A stretch of DNA of 64,000 nt from the NCBI GenBank assembly GCA_010093605.1, contig MU004183.1, forward strand, positions 930,001 to 994,000, read 5' to 3'. Below the pieces are notes generated by a model. That model had not been told where the DNA came from, did no database searches, and was given only the letters and a program-made list of their open reading frames with translations. A program made the position numbers and the translations under genes. This document shows positions 12,095-22,849 of the stretch, in pieces. The first letter of the stretch is position 1. Each line of letters begins with the position of its first letter. The DNA is from Lophium mytilinum (Eukaryota).

Positions 12095-14314
12095 CTACCA
12101 GCCACCCTTCTCGCCGACCACGTTGACATTAGCATCCAAGCTCTCCGCCGTCTCGACCGTAGTCGGCGGCGGGGTCAGCGGCGGAGTCTTGATCGGCTGC
12201 ATCTCGACTACGGCCTCAAACAGCTCCCCCTCTGGCTGCATGCCCGACCCAACCGCCGAGATGATGCGCCACGCCCTGCGGAACTCATCCCTGATAGCCA
12301 CGATGCCATTATGGGTGACCGTGCGCGCGACGTTGTGATCCCACTCGAACGGATCCTCGATGGCGAAGAGGTACCGATGCCTCACCTCCCTGCCATCCAT
12401 CAGCGTCGACTTCGCGCCCGTCCAGCCCTTCATCTGCTTAGTACGGATGCCGCCCTGCGTGCGGAGAGACAGGACCTCGTTCATCCAGTTGAAGCTGCGG
12501 ACGCCGTAGCCCGGGGTAGCGTAGTACTGGAAGAAGCCGCGGAGGAGAGCGCCGAGGGGCTGTCGGTTCGAGGTGAGCTTGCCTTGGAGGGCTTCGCGCT
12601 TGATGGCGGCCTCGTCGCGCCAGAAGCGGACTTCGTAGCCGTTGATAAGGGTATCGGCGAGCGCTTTTGCTGGGTCGGCGTTTTCCTGGGTGGGGTTCCA
12701 GGCTAGTTGGAGGTTGGGGCATACCGGTGGGTTGGCGACGTTGACGAGGTAGTGTAGGACCATGAGAACGTAGCCATAGCTGGAAAGCGTGCCGGAGTAG
12801 CTGGAGTTGATTTTGCGGCGTTTGGCCCAGGCTTTGACGAAGAGGACCATTGGGCGAATTCGGGGATCGCAGTGGCAGTAGCAGCGCAGGAGTGTGGTGT
12901 TGTGGAGAGCGAGAGGATTTTCGAAATTGATGTCGGATTGGATACCCACCCCAGTCTTAGGGAAGTCTAAAGGTCCTAGAGCCTTTTCTCGAAGCCAGGG
13001 CGTGTCGAATCGTCGCTGTGAGATCGCGTGTAAATCATTCCTATTCCCGTCGGCCGACTCTGTAGTACTCTTGCCGCCTGAGGAATGGCCTACGCCATGA
13101 GTAATTTTGCTAGGTTGCGAAGCCTTATTAGGGTTCTTATTCTCGTCGTTGGGCTTCTGATCTGTGGGTTTGTTGCCGTTTTTGGGATGTACAGCCTGCT
13201 TCTTGCTAGATCTATCGGCTAATTTGTCCTGTGCGGAGGGCTGGTTTGTTGGCATTCCAGGCGTTGCTGGGAGCGGGTATTTCTCCTCTTCTGATAGCTC
13301 ATCCCAATTCTTTCTCTCTTCACATAATGCGGCGTACAGTTCTGGCATTGGCAGTTCGCATACTTTTAAGATAGGCACACGAGTTCGAGTGAGTAAGCGA
13401 GCGCCGTAACCGCTATCCAAGATCTTCTTCTCCAAAAGGCGGGGGATGTCTCGATCTATCAGCCGCGGGCCACTCGTTGCATTCGGAGACGGGCTCCAGT
13501 ATGGAACGATGGCGAGGTCTACATCTGAGCCTTTTGTTGCAAATCCAGAGCTCAGACTGCCAAAGCAGCGGAGCTCAATGCTAAACATGTCCCCGGAATA
13601 GCCTTCTTGGAGAGCTGACTGGCATAGAGACTCCACTTTAGCCCTGAAAGCCTCCTTGAGTGTTTTTTCTTCCGTGGTTATTTCAACTTGATGGATTTCT
13701 GCAGTAGCGACTCGGTCCAGATACTGACATTGTGCCTGGTAGTTGTTACCGTTAGAGTAATTCGAATTTGGGTGGTGGTTCTGCCTGGGAGGTTGGAATC
13801 CAGTACCAGGCGTATGCAAGGGGTTCTGTAGGCTTTGAGGTCTCTGGAGGATCTGGGAGACACCAAAAGCCGCTGGCTCACGTGCCACTGGTGGAGACAC
13901 TGGACCCTGTCGTTGCCCGCCCCGATTGATCCTCGGCGTCAAGGGACTCTGCGGGGCATGATGCTGTTGGCGATGCTGCTGGGGAGACTGAGGAGGGAAT
14001 GCTGTAGGGGGAGGACCAGAAGACCTCCAGGGCCCATCAACAGAGCCGCCACGAGTATGCGGTTGGCCACGAGCGGGCGGTTGACCACGAGGGTGAGACG
14101 GAGGCGTTCCCACGGGGTCAGTGTGCTGGACATTTTGGCGACGCCTGGGAGAGTATGTGTTGTCACCTCGACGCTGTCCTCGGCCTCGGGGTGCTATGTT
14201 TGATGAACGCTGGTTAAGAGAGGAAACGTCATTTGATATAGTGACATTGCTCAAAATCATCGAACGTAACTGATCTTCCAGACCGCTTGGAGTCTGAGCT
14301 GGTGAGCTGTTCAT
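12095..14314 (-). CDS. Cid1/CutA-CutB-family non-canonical poly(A) polymerase / terminal uridylyltransferase
   Basis: GSxxxG..SDVD motif (FGSLSSGFATKGSDVDL), third catalytic Asp (QSDINF), GTLSSYGYVLMVLHYL, and PAP-associated AIEDPFEWDHNVA; long low-complexity N-terminus. Confidence 0.9.
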   Translation of the reverse strand: MNSSPAQTPSGLEDQLRSMILSNVTISNDVSSLNQRSSNIAPRGRGQRRGDNTYSPRRRQNVQHTDPVGTPPSHPRGQPPARGQPHTRGGSVDGPWRSSGPPPTAFPPQSPQQHRQQHHAPQSPLTPRINRGGQRQGPVSPPVAREPAAFGVSQILQRPQSLQNPLHTPGTGFQPPRQNHHPNSNYSNGNNYQAQCQYLDRVATAEIHQVEITTEEKTLKEAFRAKVESLCQSALQEGYSGDMFSIELRCFGSLSSGFATKGSDVDLAIVPYWSPSPNATSGPRLIDRDIPRLLEKKILDSGYGARLLTRTRVPILKVCELPMPELYAALCEERKNWDELSEEEKYPLPATPGMPTNQPSAQDKLADRSSKKQAVHPKNGNKPTDQKPNDENKNPNKASQPSKITHGVGHSSGGKSTTESADGNRNDLHAISQRRFDTPWLREKALGPLDFPKTGVGIQSDINFENPLALHNTTLLRCYCHCDPRIRPMVLFVKAWAKRRKINSSYSGTLSSYGYVLMVLHYLVNVANPPVCPNLQLAWNPTQENADPAKALADTLINGYEVRFWRDEAAIKREALQGKLTSNRQPLGALLRGFFQYYATPGYGVRSFNWMNEVLSLRTQGGIRTKQMKGWTGAKSTLMDGREVRHRYLFAIEDPFEWDHNVARTVTHNGIVAIRDEFRRAWRIISAVGSGMQPEGELFEAVVEMQPIKTPPLTPPPTTVETAESLDANVNVVGEKGGW

Positions 14315-15001
14315 GATTTGCTAAAGAGAATGGTACCCAATTGCGGATTCCACTGCTAGAGGTCGCGTCGTCGTAGTAAACGCAGAAGCGGCGCCTGGGT
14401 GATGCTCACGGGAAGCAACTGACACCCATGAAGCTAGCAAAGAAGATAGGAGGAAGACGACGGGATGAAAGATACTTCGCTATCCATTCACACAAGCGAA
14501 TCCAGATTTGACAAATGGTGGGCTGTAAAAGACAGAATTGTTGGAATGCGTGTTTGCTGGTCGACCCATCCGTCGGAAGTAACTAATTCCCAAACTGGCT
14601 TAGCGGTATCAAATTGCTCCTGATCGAAAAGAGGCCCAGAAAGAAGCTTCTATTATGAGGGAACTATAGCGGAAGTGAAGGGCTTGTGGCTACGTGCCTA
14701 CAGGCCCCGCATTGGAAGCATCAAGATTTATTTCGGCCTGGATTCTGAGGAACTGATCCGTGGACAAGTCGCGCTGCGTGCGGCCCGTGCGATGTGCTTG
14801 GCAGAAAGTGACGAACGAAGCGCGGCGCCTTCACCTCACTTTCAACAAAGGCAGCAACCCAACAACCTCTATCCTCTCACTCACCTCGCCCTCTCTCCCA
14901 CCCACCAACACCCACCACAACCCACAACAACCTTCATCCTCCACCTCCGCATCCACATCTCCAAACCATCAGCACCAACGTCCTCCGCTGCTCAGCTCAC
15001 C

Positions 15002-17196
15002 ATGAGCAGCAGCCAGCCGCCGAACGCGGCCACCGCAAACGCAAATGGCGCTCCGAAGCCTCTCATCCGCCGCCGTCGCAAGCCTAACGCCGACCCTCTT
15101 CGAGCCCCCCCGCGTCCTCTCAAGCAGATTTCCCACCAGATCAGCTCCATGGCCTCCAAGTCCCGGAACCTGAGCACCGCCAAACCCCCAGCTACGCCAG
15201 CTCAGCTCGAGGCCGACGGCTTCAAGATCTTCTCTCTTGTGACTACAAAGCGCGCCATGATGGACGGCCTGCGTCATCACGTCATGAGGATGCAACAGTC
15301 CAAGGAGAGGAACCCCGTCACCATCGTCAACGAGTCCGAGTTTACACGGCCCATCAGATTGCACCGCCGCGATCCCCGCGCACCCCCCGCCGGCGCAGGT
15401 GCCATCGCGATTGACGAGGATCCCGAAGCTACTCTAGAGGAAGACAAAGAGCGGGAGAGGGCCGAAATTCAGAAGGAGGAGCGGAGACGCCAACGCGAGG
15501 AGAATCAAGCTAAGATCGCGCCGTCTACCACCAAGAAGACACCAGCCTTCCAGAAGAAGACGGAGCAGATCTTCCGTCCGGATGATACCCCAGAGGCGCA
15601 GAAGCGGTCGAAGCTACGATACGAAGAGGCCCTTCCATGGCACCTCGAGGACTTTGACAACAAGCAGACCTGGGTGGGATCGTACGAGGCAGAACTGTCT
15701 GATAGACACATCATGATTGTTCCAGATCACAAGACTGACGGCACTGCTCAATACCGCATGGTGCCGTTGGAGAGATGGTACAAGTTCATCTCCAAGAGCA
15801 AGGGAAAGCGGATCACTGCCGACGAGGTGGACAAGAAGTGGAACACTGTTGGCAAGGTGCCCTCCTTCATCAAGAACACAGAAGAGCGCATCATCAAGCG
15901 CGAGCGTGAGGAATACCAGAAAAATAGGGGGCCTGGAAAGATGAAGACTCGGATAGCTGGTCGCGGTGATGATGACGCCCCACCCCGAATGGGAGAAGAT
16001 GGCTTGATGATCAAGGCCGAGGCGGATGCCGACGATATCGACTTCAACTATGAGGAGGACTTTGCCGACGATGAAGAAGGATTGAACGGGTTGTTCGAAG
16101 GAGATGCGGAGGAGACCAAGGCCGCCGAAGAAAAGATCCGTCGCGATCAATTGGGGGCTCGCATCTTCGACCTCGGAGACGAAACCAAGGTTGACGTACA
16201 GGAGGAGCTCACCAAGGAGGAAAGTAAGAAGCAGAAGATGCTACAGAAGAAGCTCCGGAAAGCTCTGATGAAGCGAGAGAAGAACTTCGACTACGAACAA
16301 TCCGACTCTGACCGATACGGATCCACAAGCTCGTCTGAGGATGACTCCGATGTGGAGCGGCAGAAGGAAAAGGAACGACGAGAGGAAGAAGAGAGGAAGG
16401 CTGCCGAGAAGGCTGGTGTTGCTAAGGAGGGTGACAAGCCCGCTTCCGGCGCGTCTACGAAGGGCTCGAACACTCCTTCGGGCCAGCACAAGCCTGTTGA
16501 TATGTCCAAGCCCATATCGAAGAAGCGCCCTGGTTCGCCTAACCTCTCAGAAGCGAGTGGAAATGAGTCTGCTCGGAAGAAGCACAAGAAGAAGCATCGA
16601 GACGGGTCAAGGAAGGGATCACTCGCAAGCGTAAGAGCATCGGACGCCCAAGGGCAACACAACTCCTCACTCCGTGCTGCCGGTAGTCCCAGTGACTCCG
16701 AGATGACAGACGGAGGTCGTCGGAAACAGTCGCTAAAGTTAAGGCTAGGTACAGGGAGATCTCCTAATGGCACCCCCGGCGGAAGCCGCGCAGGTAGCCC
16801 AGAAACAGGTCCAGAAGGCAGCAGAGCAACGAGCCCCCTCTCCGCCGGCGCCACCGCCACGCAAGCGGCGCCAGGTCAGTATTTCTCGTTGCCATTCACA
16901 TACAAATCGTTGAACATTAGCGCTAACAAATGAAAGGCCCGGGCTCTACCATACCAGTCCCCTCCATCGAGCAAATCAGAGCCTTACTCCGTCCAGAAGG
17001 CGTGAAAATCAACGAGATCAGCTCCATATTCAAAGGCCGCCTGGCACCAAAAGACAATCACGCCTTTATCCAACGAGTAAAGGCACTCACCTTGTTCGAC
17101 AAGGACAAGGGATTGCTCTTCCCTCGGCCTCCTGGTTCAGACAAGCCCGGCGAGGCGGCTAAAGCAGGTACACCGAAGGAGGGATCACCCTCTTGA
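15002..17196 (+). CDS. TFG1: Transcription initiation factor IIF alpha subunit (Tfg1/RAP74); 2 exons
   Basis: FTRPIRLHRRDPR, LRYEEALPWHLEDFDNKQTWVGSYE, MVPLERWYKF and acidic DDIDFNYEEDFADDEE; intron 16875-16936 joins a short C-terminal exon. Confidence 0.92.
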
Positions 17197-17964
17197 TTGT
17201 TCGGCGGCCGACTGGCATATGGGAGTTGCTTCTTGAATCATTTTTGCTGCTTTGTAATTAGTCAAGGTTCACACAATACTAGGCTAAACAAGTCTAGGCA
17301 CTTATATACCACTGTTTTAGTGCCACTACTAGAAGCTGAACTCCACTTTGAGGGGCACCCCAGTTGCTGGTGGCCTACTCATATTCTACTGCTCGAAACT
17401 TGACACTGCGCCTGGATGAGAGAAACCCTATCGTGGTTTTCCTAGCAGTGACAAGACAATGTGAACAGACCTATGACCTGTCGCTATATCGTTAATTAAT
17501 CAATATGTGAGGTCGCGAATCGAGTTGCCGAACCAGGTCTTCGAGTTGGGCCCACGTTTACTTCATTGCTCGGACTCCGCTCTTGTTTCGTCAATATTCC
17601 TGTGAGAAGCTTCTCGACTAGCAGATGATCAGTCAGTCAAAAGGTAAACATCCTCTTTGGAGCTTCAAAAGCCCAGAGGAGGGAGCATCTCAAGCTAGAG
17701 TCACCCAAGGTAATAGACTAATACTGTATGATGATTCTTTCGATGCTAATGAATAGGTCCTATGATCATTACTCCTGCTACATGGTCGTAGCGATGTCGA
17801 TACCCTAATAATGAGAGATCCAAGCCCATCCAAAACCATGCCAAACATATCCCAAGTAAAACGTCGTAGCGACTGGATATCTTGTCCCCCGAGATAAAAA
17901 CCCTCTCCCTCACATATATACAAGAGAAACAAAAACCCCATCTACCTCTGCCCCCCAACTCCAT

Positions 17965-20226
17965 CTACAACTTACTCGCATTCCGCGTAAGCATCACCAC
18001 TAACCCCGCGATAATCTTAAACACCAACCCAACCGCCCACACAAACGCCTTGAATGCAAACGTCAGCACGCTGATCAGCGTGCGTGCGACGAACGGCAGG
18101 CTGCTCTCCTCCTTCTCCGCCTTACCCTTCTTCCCCTTCTTCGCCTCCTTCGTCCGCGCCTCGTCCTGCCCATACCACTGCCCGAGCTCGATATCCTTAT
18201 CCAGACTGTGCGACTTGCTCGTCGTCGCCGAGCTCCGCAGGCTGCGACTCCACTTCTTCCCCTTGCTAATACTCTTCGCCCCATCCCAGCTCTCAAACCC
18301 CTCAACAAAGCTCTCCTTAAAGCTTGCCGCGCTGCTCTTCGGCTTGGGCCCCAACGCCGACGACGGCGGGGGCGCTTCAAACATCGCAGGCGCCTCCTGC
18401 GCCGACGACGTCCGGCTCTTCGGGTTCCGCGCCGCCTCGGCCACAGCCACAGACAGCAGCGCCGTCGCCGCGACATCGACCAGGTACGGATTCCCAAACC
18501 GCGTCAGAGCCGCGACGTTGAGCAGCAAGCTGTCCGTCCCAAAGTCCAGTCGCGCAAGCACCGCATCGTCCGCCGCGGCATCATTCGCGGTCGCGAGGTG
18601 CGCGGCGTCGATGTCCGAGAACGTCGACCCCGGCCTCGCAGCACCACCGGCAGCGCTGATACTGCGCAGCGGCGATGATGGAGGCGGAGGGTTGAACGCG
18701 CGTGGGCTTGTAGGCGACAGCACGTACGGGTTTAGCAGCGTGATGCTTCCCGCGCGTGTGCGGGCCTGGGCCTGCGCGAATGAGGGGTGGCCGTAGACAG
18801 CGGTCTGGGGGCGGGTGGAGGGGGAGTTGATGCCTGCGCAGTCGCCCTCGAGCTGGATGGGGAAGAGGCCGAGCGCGGGGTGGTGGAGCTGGTAGGAGCC
18901 TGTGGGGTTGAGGGCGTGGGCCCAGGGGTTTGTTTGCTGGGTGGGAGCTTCGCGGGTCCAGGTTAGGGCGGAGCACTCGCGCTCGGCGGCGCCGCGGAGA
19001 ACGTCCTCGGCGAGTCGTTGGGCGGCGTGAGAGGTGGCGCCTGGGTCGGCGAAGGCGATGTGGGAGGCGGCCGGGGAGTTTGCGGCGGCGTCGAGGGCGG
19101 CGAGGGCGGCGAGCTTGGGGTAGATGGTTGCGAGGAGGGTGGACGGGGCGTCCTCGAAGGAGTTGGCGGTCGCGGAGGACGGGGGAACGACGAGGTTGAG
19201 GTGGTTTACTGGGAGGGCGCGCGGTTGGGTGGGGTGGTGGCGCTGGATGAGGACTTCATGGGTCATTGTGGCGAGCTCGAGGGGGTCTTTGCCCTCAAGG
19301 TCGGACTGGGTGAGGCTGTAGAAGGGGAGGGATGCTGTTGGGCCGAAAGTTACTTGTGGTGTCGCTGCAGTTGCTCGGTGCATCTTGAGAGTGTAGATCT
19401 GAACCGCCGGCTCATCCTGACCATTCGTGGCAAGCCATAGGTTCTCTAGAAGAGCTGACGGCGTGAAGTATGGTGCACAAGTAAAAGTAAGAGCATTGCT
19501 GCTTCCTTGATCCCCGTTGTTGACGTTGCCATGCGGTACGTACAGTTCTGGCGAGTATGGGGATCGATGTATTCTGTTCGTGGGAATATGGGTAGGCGAA
19601 GTCTGCGTGGGAACGTATGCTTGACGGCCCAAGGGGACAGTGGGGTCGTATACAGGAAACATTGACCGCATAGGTACGGGACTCGAAGGGCTGATCGGTG
19701 ACCGTTGCGTTGCAGCACTGTTTGGTCGGACAAGCGTAGGGCTGCCTGAGCGGGCAGACCGTATGTCTGAGAATGCTGGCGACGGTGCTCGGTTGGGATC
19801 TGGACTGCCAGAAGGGAACGGCATAGCGTGTCGTTGTGCAGATTGTATTGAGAGTGCAGGTGACGTCGCTCTGTTGTACGCGGAAGGAGAACCTCCTCGG
19901 CCAATCTCTGGTGACGCAGAGGGATTCCGTTGGCTTGGTGGAGGTTGGAAGGTCGGTATGCTTAGTTGTGGTGGAGTTCTTGTCATTTGAAATTGGGGCT
20001 GATGTGCTCTCTCGGGCATAGAGACTGATGGCGACACTGGGACCGAATTGACTTGAATGACAAGCTCGTGGAAATCGACAGGTGCTTTGGTACTCTTCGC
20101 ACTGTCCATTCTTTGTGCGGTAGGCTCTGGTGTTGGTGGCTTGACATGTAGCTTGCGATTCGGACTCGCCTGCCGTGGCCTTTGAGGAGGTGGGAAAAGC
20201 TGTAATGTGCCACCCTGAGGAGACAT
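17965..20226 (-). CDS. Conserved-looking fungal hypothetical protein with Pro/Ser-rich N-terminus and C-terminal hydrophobic segment
   Basis: Single 753-codon ORF starting at ATG. PMRSMFPVYDPTVPL and YLVDVAATALLSVA segments, hydrophobic C-terminal stretch, ends in SKL. Confidence 0.8.
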   Translation of the reverse strand: MSPQGGTLQLFPPPQRPRQASPNRKLHVKPPTPEPTAQRMDSAKSTKAPVDFHELVIQVNSVPVSPSVSMPERAHQPQFQMTRTPPQLSIPTFQPPPSQRNPSASPEIGRGGSPSAYNRATSPALSIQSAQRHAMPFPSGSPDPNRAPSPAFSDIRSARSGSPTLVRPNSAATQRSPISPSSPVPMRSMFPVYDPTVPLGRQAYVPTQTSPTHIPTNRIHRSPYSPELYVPHGNVNNGDQGSSNALTFTCAPYFTPSALLENLWLATNGQDEPAVQIYTLKMHRATAATPQVTFGPTASLPFYSLTQSDLEGKDPLELATMTHEVLIQRHHPTQPRALPVNHLNLVVPPSSATANSFEDAPSTLLATIYPKLAALAALDAAANSPAASHIAFADPGATSHAAQRLAEDVLRGAAERECSALTWTREAPTQQTNPWAHALNPTGSYQLHHPALGLFPIQLEGDCAGINSPSTRPQTAVYGHPSFAQAQARTRAGSITLLNPYVLSPTSPRAFNPPPPSSPLRSISAAGGAARPGSTFSDIDAAHLATANDAAADDAVLARLDFGTDSLLLNVAALTRFGNPYLVDVAATALLSVAVAEAARNPKSRTSSAQEAPAMFEAPPPSSALGPKPKSSAASFKESFVEGFESWDGAKSISKGKKWSRSLRSSATTSKSHSLDKDIELGQWYGQDEARTKEAKKGKKGKAEKEESSLPFVARTLISVLTFAFKAFVWAVGLVFKIIAGLVVMLTRNASKL

Positions 20227-21282
20227 GGTGTCGGATTGAGGTAGATTAAGAATGAAGTCTAATAATTACTTTTGACGCAGTCAACAGAAAGGATAGACAA
20301 AGTAACAAGAGCAAGATATGCCTCTGAATTGACTCAAGGAAACGTGAGCATGGAACCAGCCTTGGACTGCCGCGGGTACTCGGGGTAACTGGGGATATAA
20401 CAAGAGGGCCACGAGAGTCTTCCCCACGAGGGTCTCGCAGGCGGCCACCCCAAAAGCAATAGCGGCTGCCATTGTTCTCTGCCATGCATGTTTCTGCGTC
20501 TTCCGGTGCTCTGGCTTGCACAATCATCCAATTACCAGTGGCATTCTACTGGGCGCTTCGGGGATGGGAGGGTCTCTGGAGGTCACGGCGGCTACGGTTA
20601 AGGATTCTGGTGGTTGCCCGTAAGCGCCCAGGTCCAAGTGCAAGCGACAAATCATATTCGAGATGCCAACCGCTCGCACGGTCGCGAGGGAATTAGCTTA
20701 TGCGATGATTCGCCAAATCGTGAATGCTTGGTATGCCACTACTGCCCTAATGTATGTGATAGTGATTCGGGCCGTAGCGAGTTGTGAAAGCTATTTTCAG
20801 CGCATATGTTTCTGCTCAGAATCGCAACGAGAAGATCGAGCGAGCGGTAGGGCCGCCTCAGAAACCAAACATGCTGGTCAAGCAGAGGAGCCCTGACAGC
20901 ACGTGGACTGATAAAGGCCTCATGCGTCTTCTGGAGTTGTGAGAGCGTTCTGGACACTTAAAGAGGCTGGAGGACGCTGGGATTTCATGAGGCTAAATTA
21001 TTGAACTCTGCTAAACTCATGGACCCTGGTGCAGCATCGATTATGAGGGAGAGGCATGGCTTGCAGTCTGGATGCTATTGACAATTTGAAGAGAGCATGC
21101 TGGCGGTTGGAGAGATTGGAGGATTCATAACACGATCACGTGAAAGTGTATGCTTAGCGTCTTGGCAGAAACTGTCACGTGCTTTAGATCCTAACTAGAT
21201 GAATCCTAGCTTCATCTTTATCGATAACAATTTTCTCAAAATCACGAATAGCGTCATCGCTCAAGTCATCAAACAAGCAACT

Positions 21283-22701
21283 ATGCCTTCAGAATTAGAG
21301 GATGTATGAATCTATAGTTTTGACAGCTAAACTCTCGCATACTGACCATTTCATGCAAGCTCGTCGAGTTTCTCCATCATGGAAACACCCAAATCCGACA
21401 AGTTGGTAAGTTCTTTCACTGGATGCGCCACCTCTTATGACTCTGTAGCTAACGGACATACCTCTCTAGCGGTTGAACATCTGGTCGGCTACTCTGCGAC
21501 GCATACAACACTGTTCAAGAAAGACCAGCTTCTCCCTGTGAGAGACCTGAAACTCCTGGTCAAAGATTATGCAGTACGAAATTTTATACCCCTCATGAAA
21601 GCATATCTGATTAGATTTCTGCCAGCCGATAGCCAAAAATGTCATGACCATTCTCATCAACATATCTCATGATCAAGAGGTCTTAGAATGCCTTGCCAAA
21701 GACGATGCTTTCCTAGAATTGCTATTAGGGCGGATAACCGTATGTTAGTTCTCCGTTCATACTCAACAGGCAACGGAACTATTCTAGAATGATTGCTAAA
21801 AACATCAGAGCGCTAAAGAACCAAACGCAAACGAAATAGCGATGCTTCTCGCCAACATGGCCAAATCAGACGACATGCAACGGGTACTAGAACTTCAACG
21901 AGATATCCCGAATGAGCTATCAACCTCGAAATGGGCCATGGACCAGCTACTCGACTGCTTCGTTAAAGGCGCCGAAGGACGCTACAACAAGCACGCCGAC
22001 TACGACTACCTCTCCTACTTCTTCGCCGACCTCGCAAAAGTACGTTAAGCATATTCCCAACAATATCAGATTCTCACAGCTAACTTCCTGCACTACAGTT
22101 CCCAAAAGGTCGCGCTTACCTCACCACCCCACAGCCCCACGACGCCAACATAATTCCCCTGACCAAACTCATCGTCTTCACCGAGCACGCCTCAACCATT
22201 CGCCGCCGCGGCGTCGCCTCCGCCATCAAGAACTGCGCCTTCGACATCCATGTCCACGACCGCCTACTCTCCGACGCCCCCACCACCGGTGTGAATCTGC
22301 TTCCCTACATCCTATTACCAATCATGGGCGGCGAGGAGTACAGCGACGAAGACACCGAGGGAATGCTAGACGACCTGCAACTACTCCCTCCCGACAAGGA
22401 GCGCGAGAAGGAGGCGGACATCATAAAGACGCATATCGAGACGCTGACGCTGCTGACGACGACGAGGGGGGGAAGGGAGGTGTTGCGGCGGATTAAGGTG
22501 TATCCGATTTTGCGCGAGACGCATTTGCATGTTGATGATGAGGAGGTCAGGGAGGCGTGTGATCGGTTAGTGCAGGTCATTATGCGGGATGAGGAAGGGG
22601 AGGGCGAGGAGGAGAAGAAGGGGGATAAGGGGAGGATGATTGCGATGGAGGCGGAGGATGAGGATGAGGATGAGGATGAGCAGATTGTGGACATCTTATA
22701 A
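21283..22701 (+). CDS. HGH1: Protein HGH1 (FAM203), eEF2 chaperone; 6 exons
   Basis: Spliced MPSELEDLVEFLHHGNTQIRQV, with MLLANMAK, YDYLSYFFADL, IRRRGVASAIKNCAFD, LLPYILLPI, LQLLPPDKERE and VYPILRETH..ACDRLVQVIMRDE. Confidence 0.92.
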
Positions 22702-22849
22702 CGCCGTTGGGTAATGTAGGAATTGGATGGCGCTGTATCCGAAATGGCGGACTTAAATCTATCAGTGATTGGACCTACGGTGCTAGCGTGAGGATTAGGC
22801 ACAGGGTGTGCTCTATGTCTACGCCTTATGGTATCCTTCGAGGGCACGC

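Noticed and set aside
14675..15001. N-terminal extension of the TFG1 ORF from a GTG start
   Set aside because: It is a C/A-rich 5'-UTR-like sequence, and the ATG at 15002 has a good CACCATG context.
22654..22680. (GAGGAT)n microsatellite
   Set aside because: It simply encodes the acidic EDEDEDEDE tail of HGH1.
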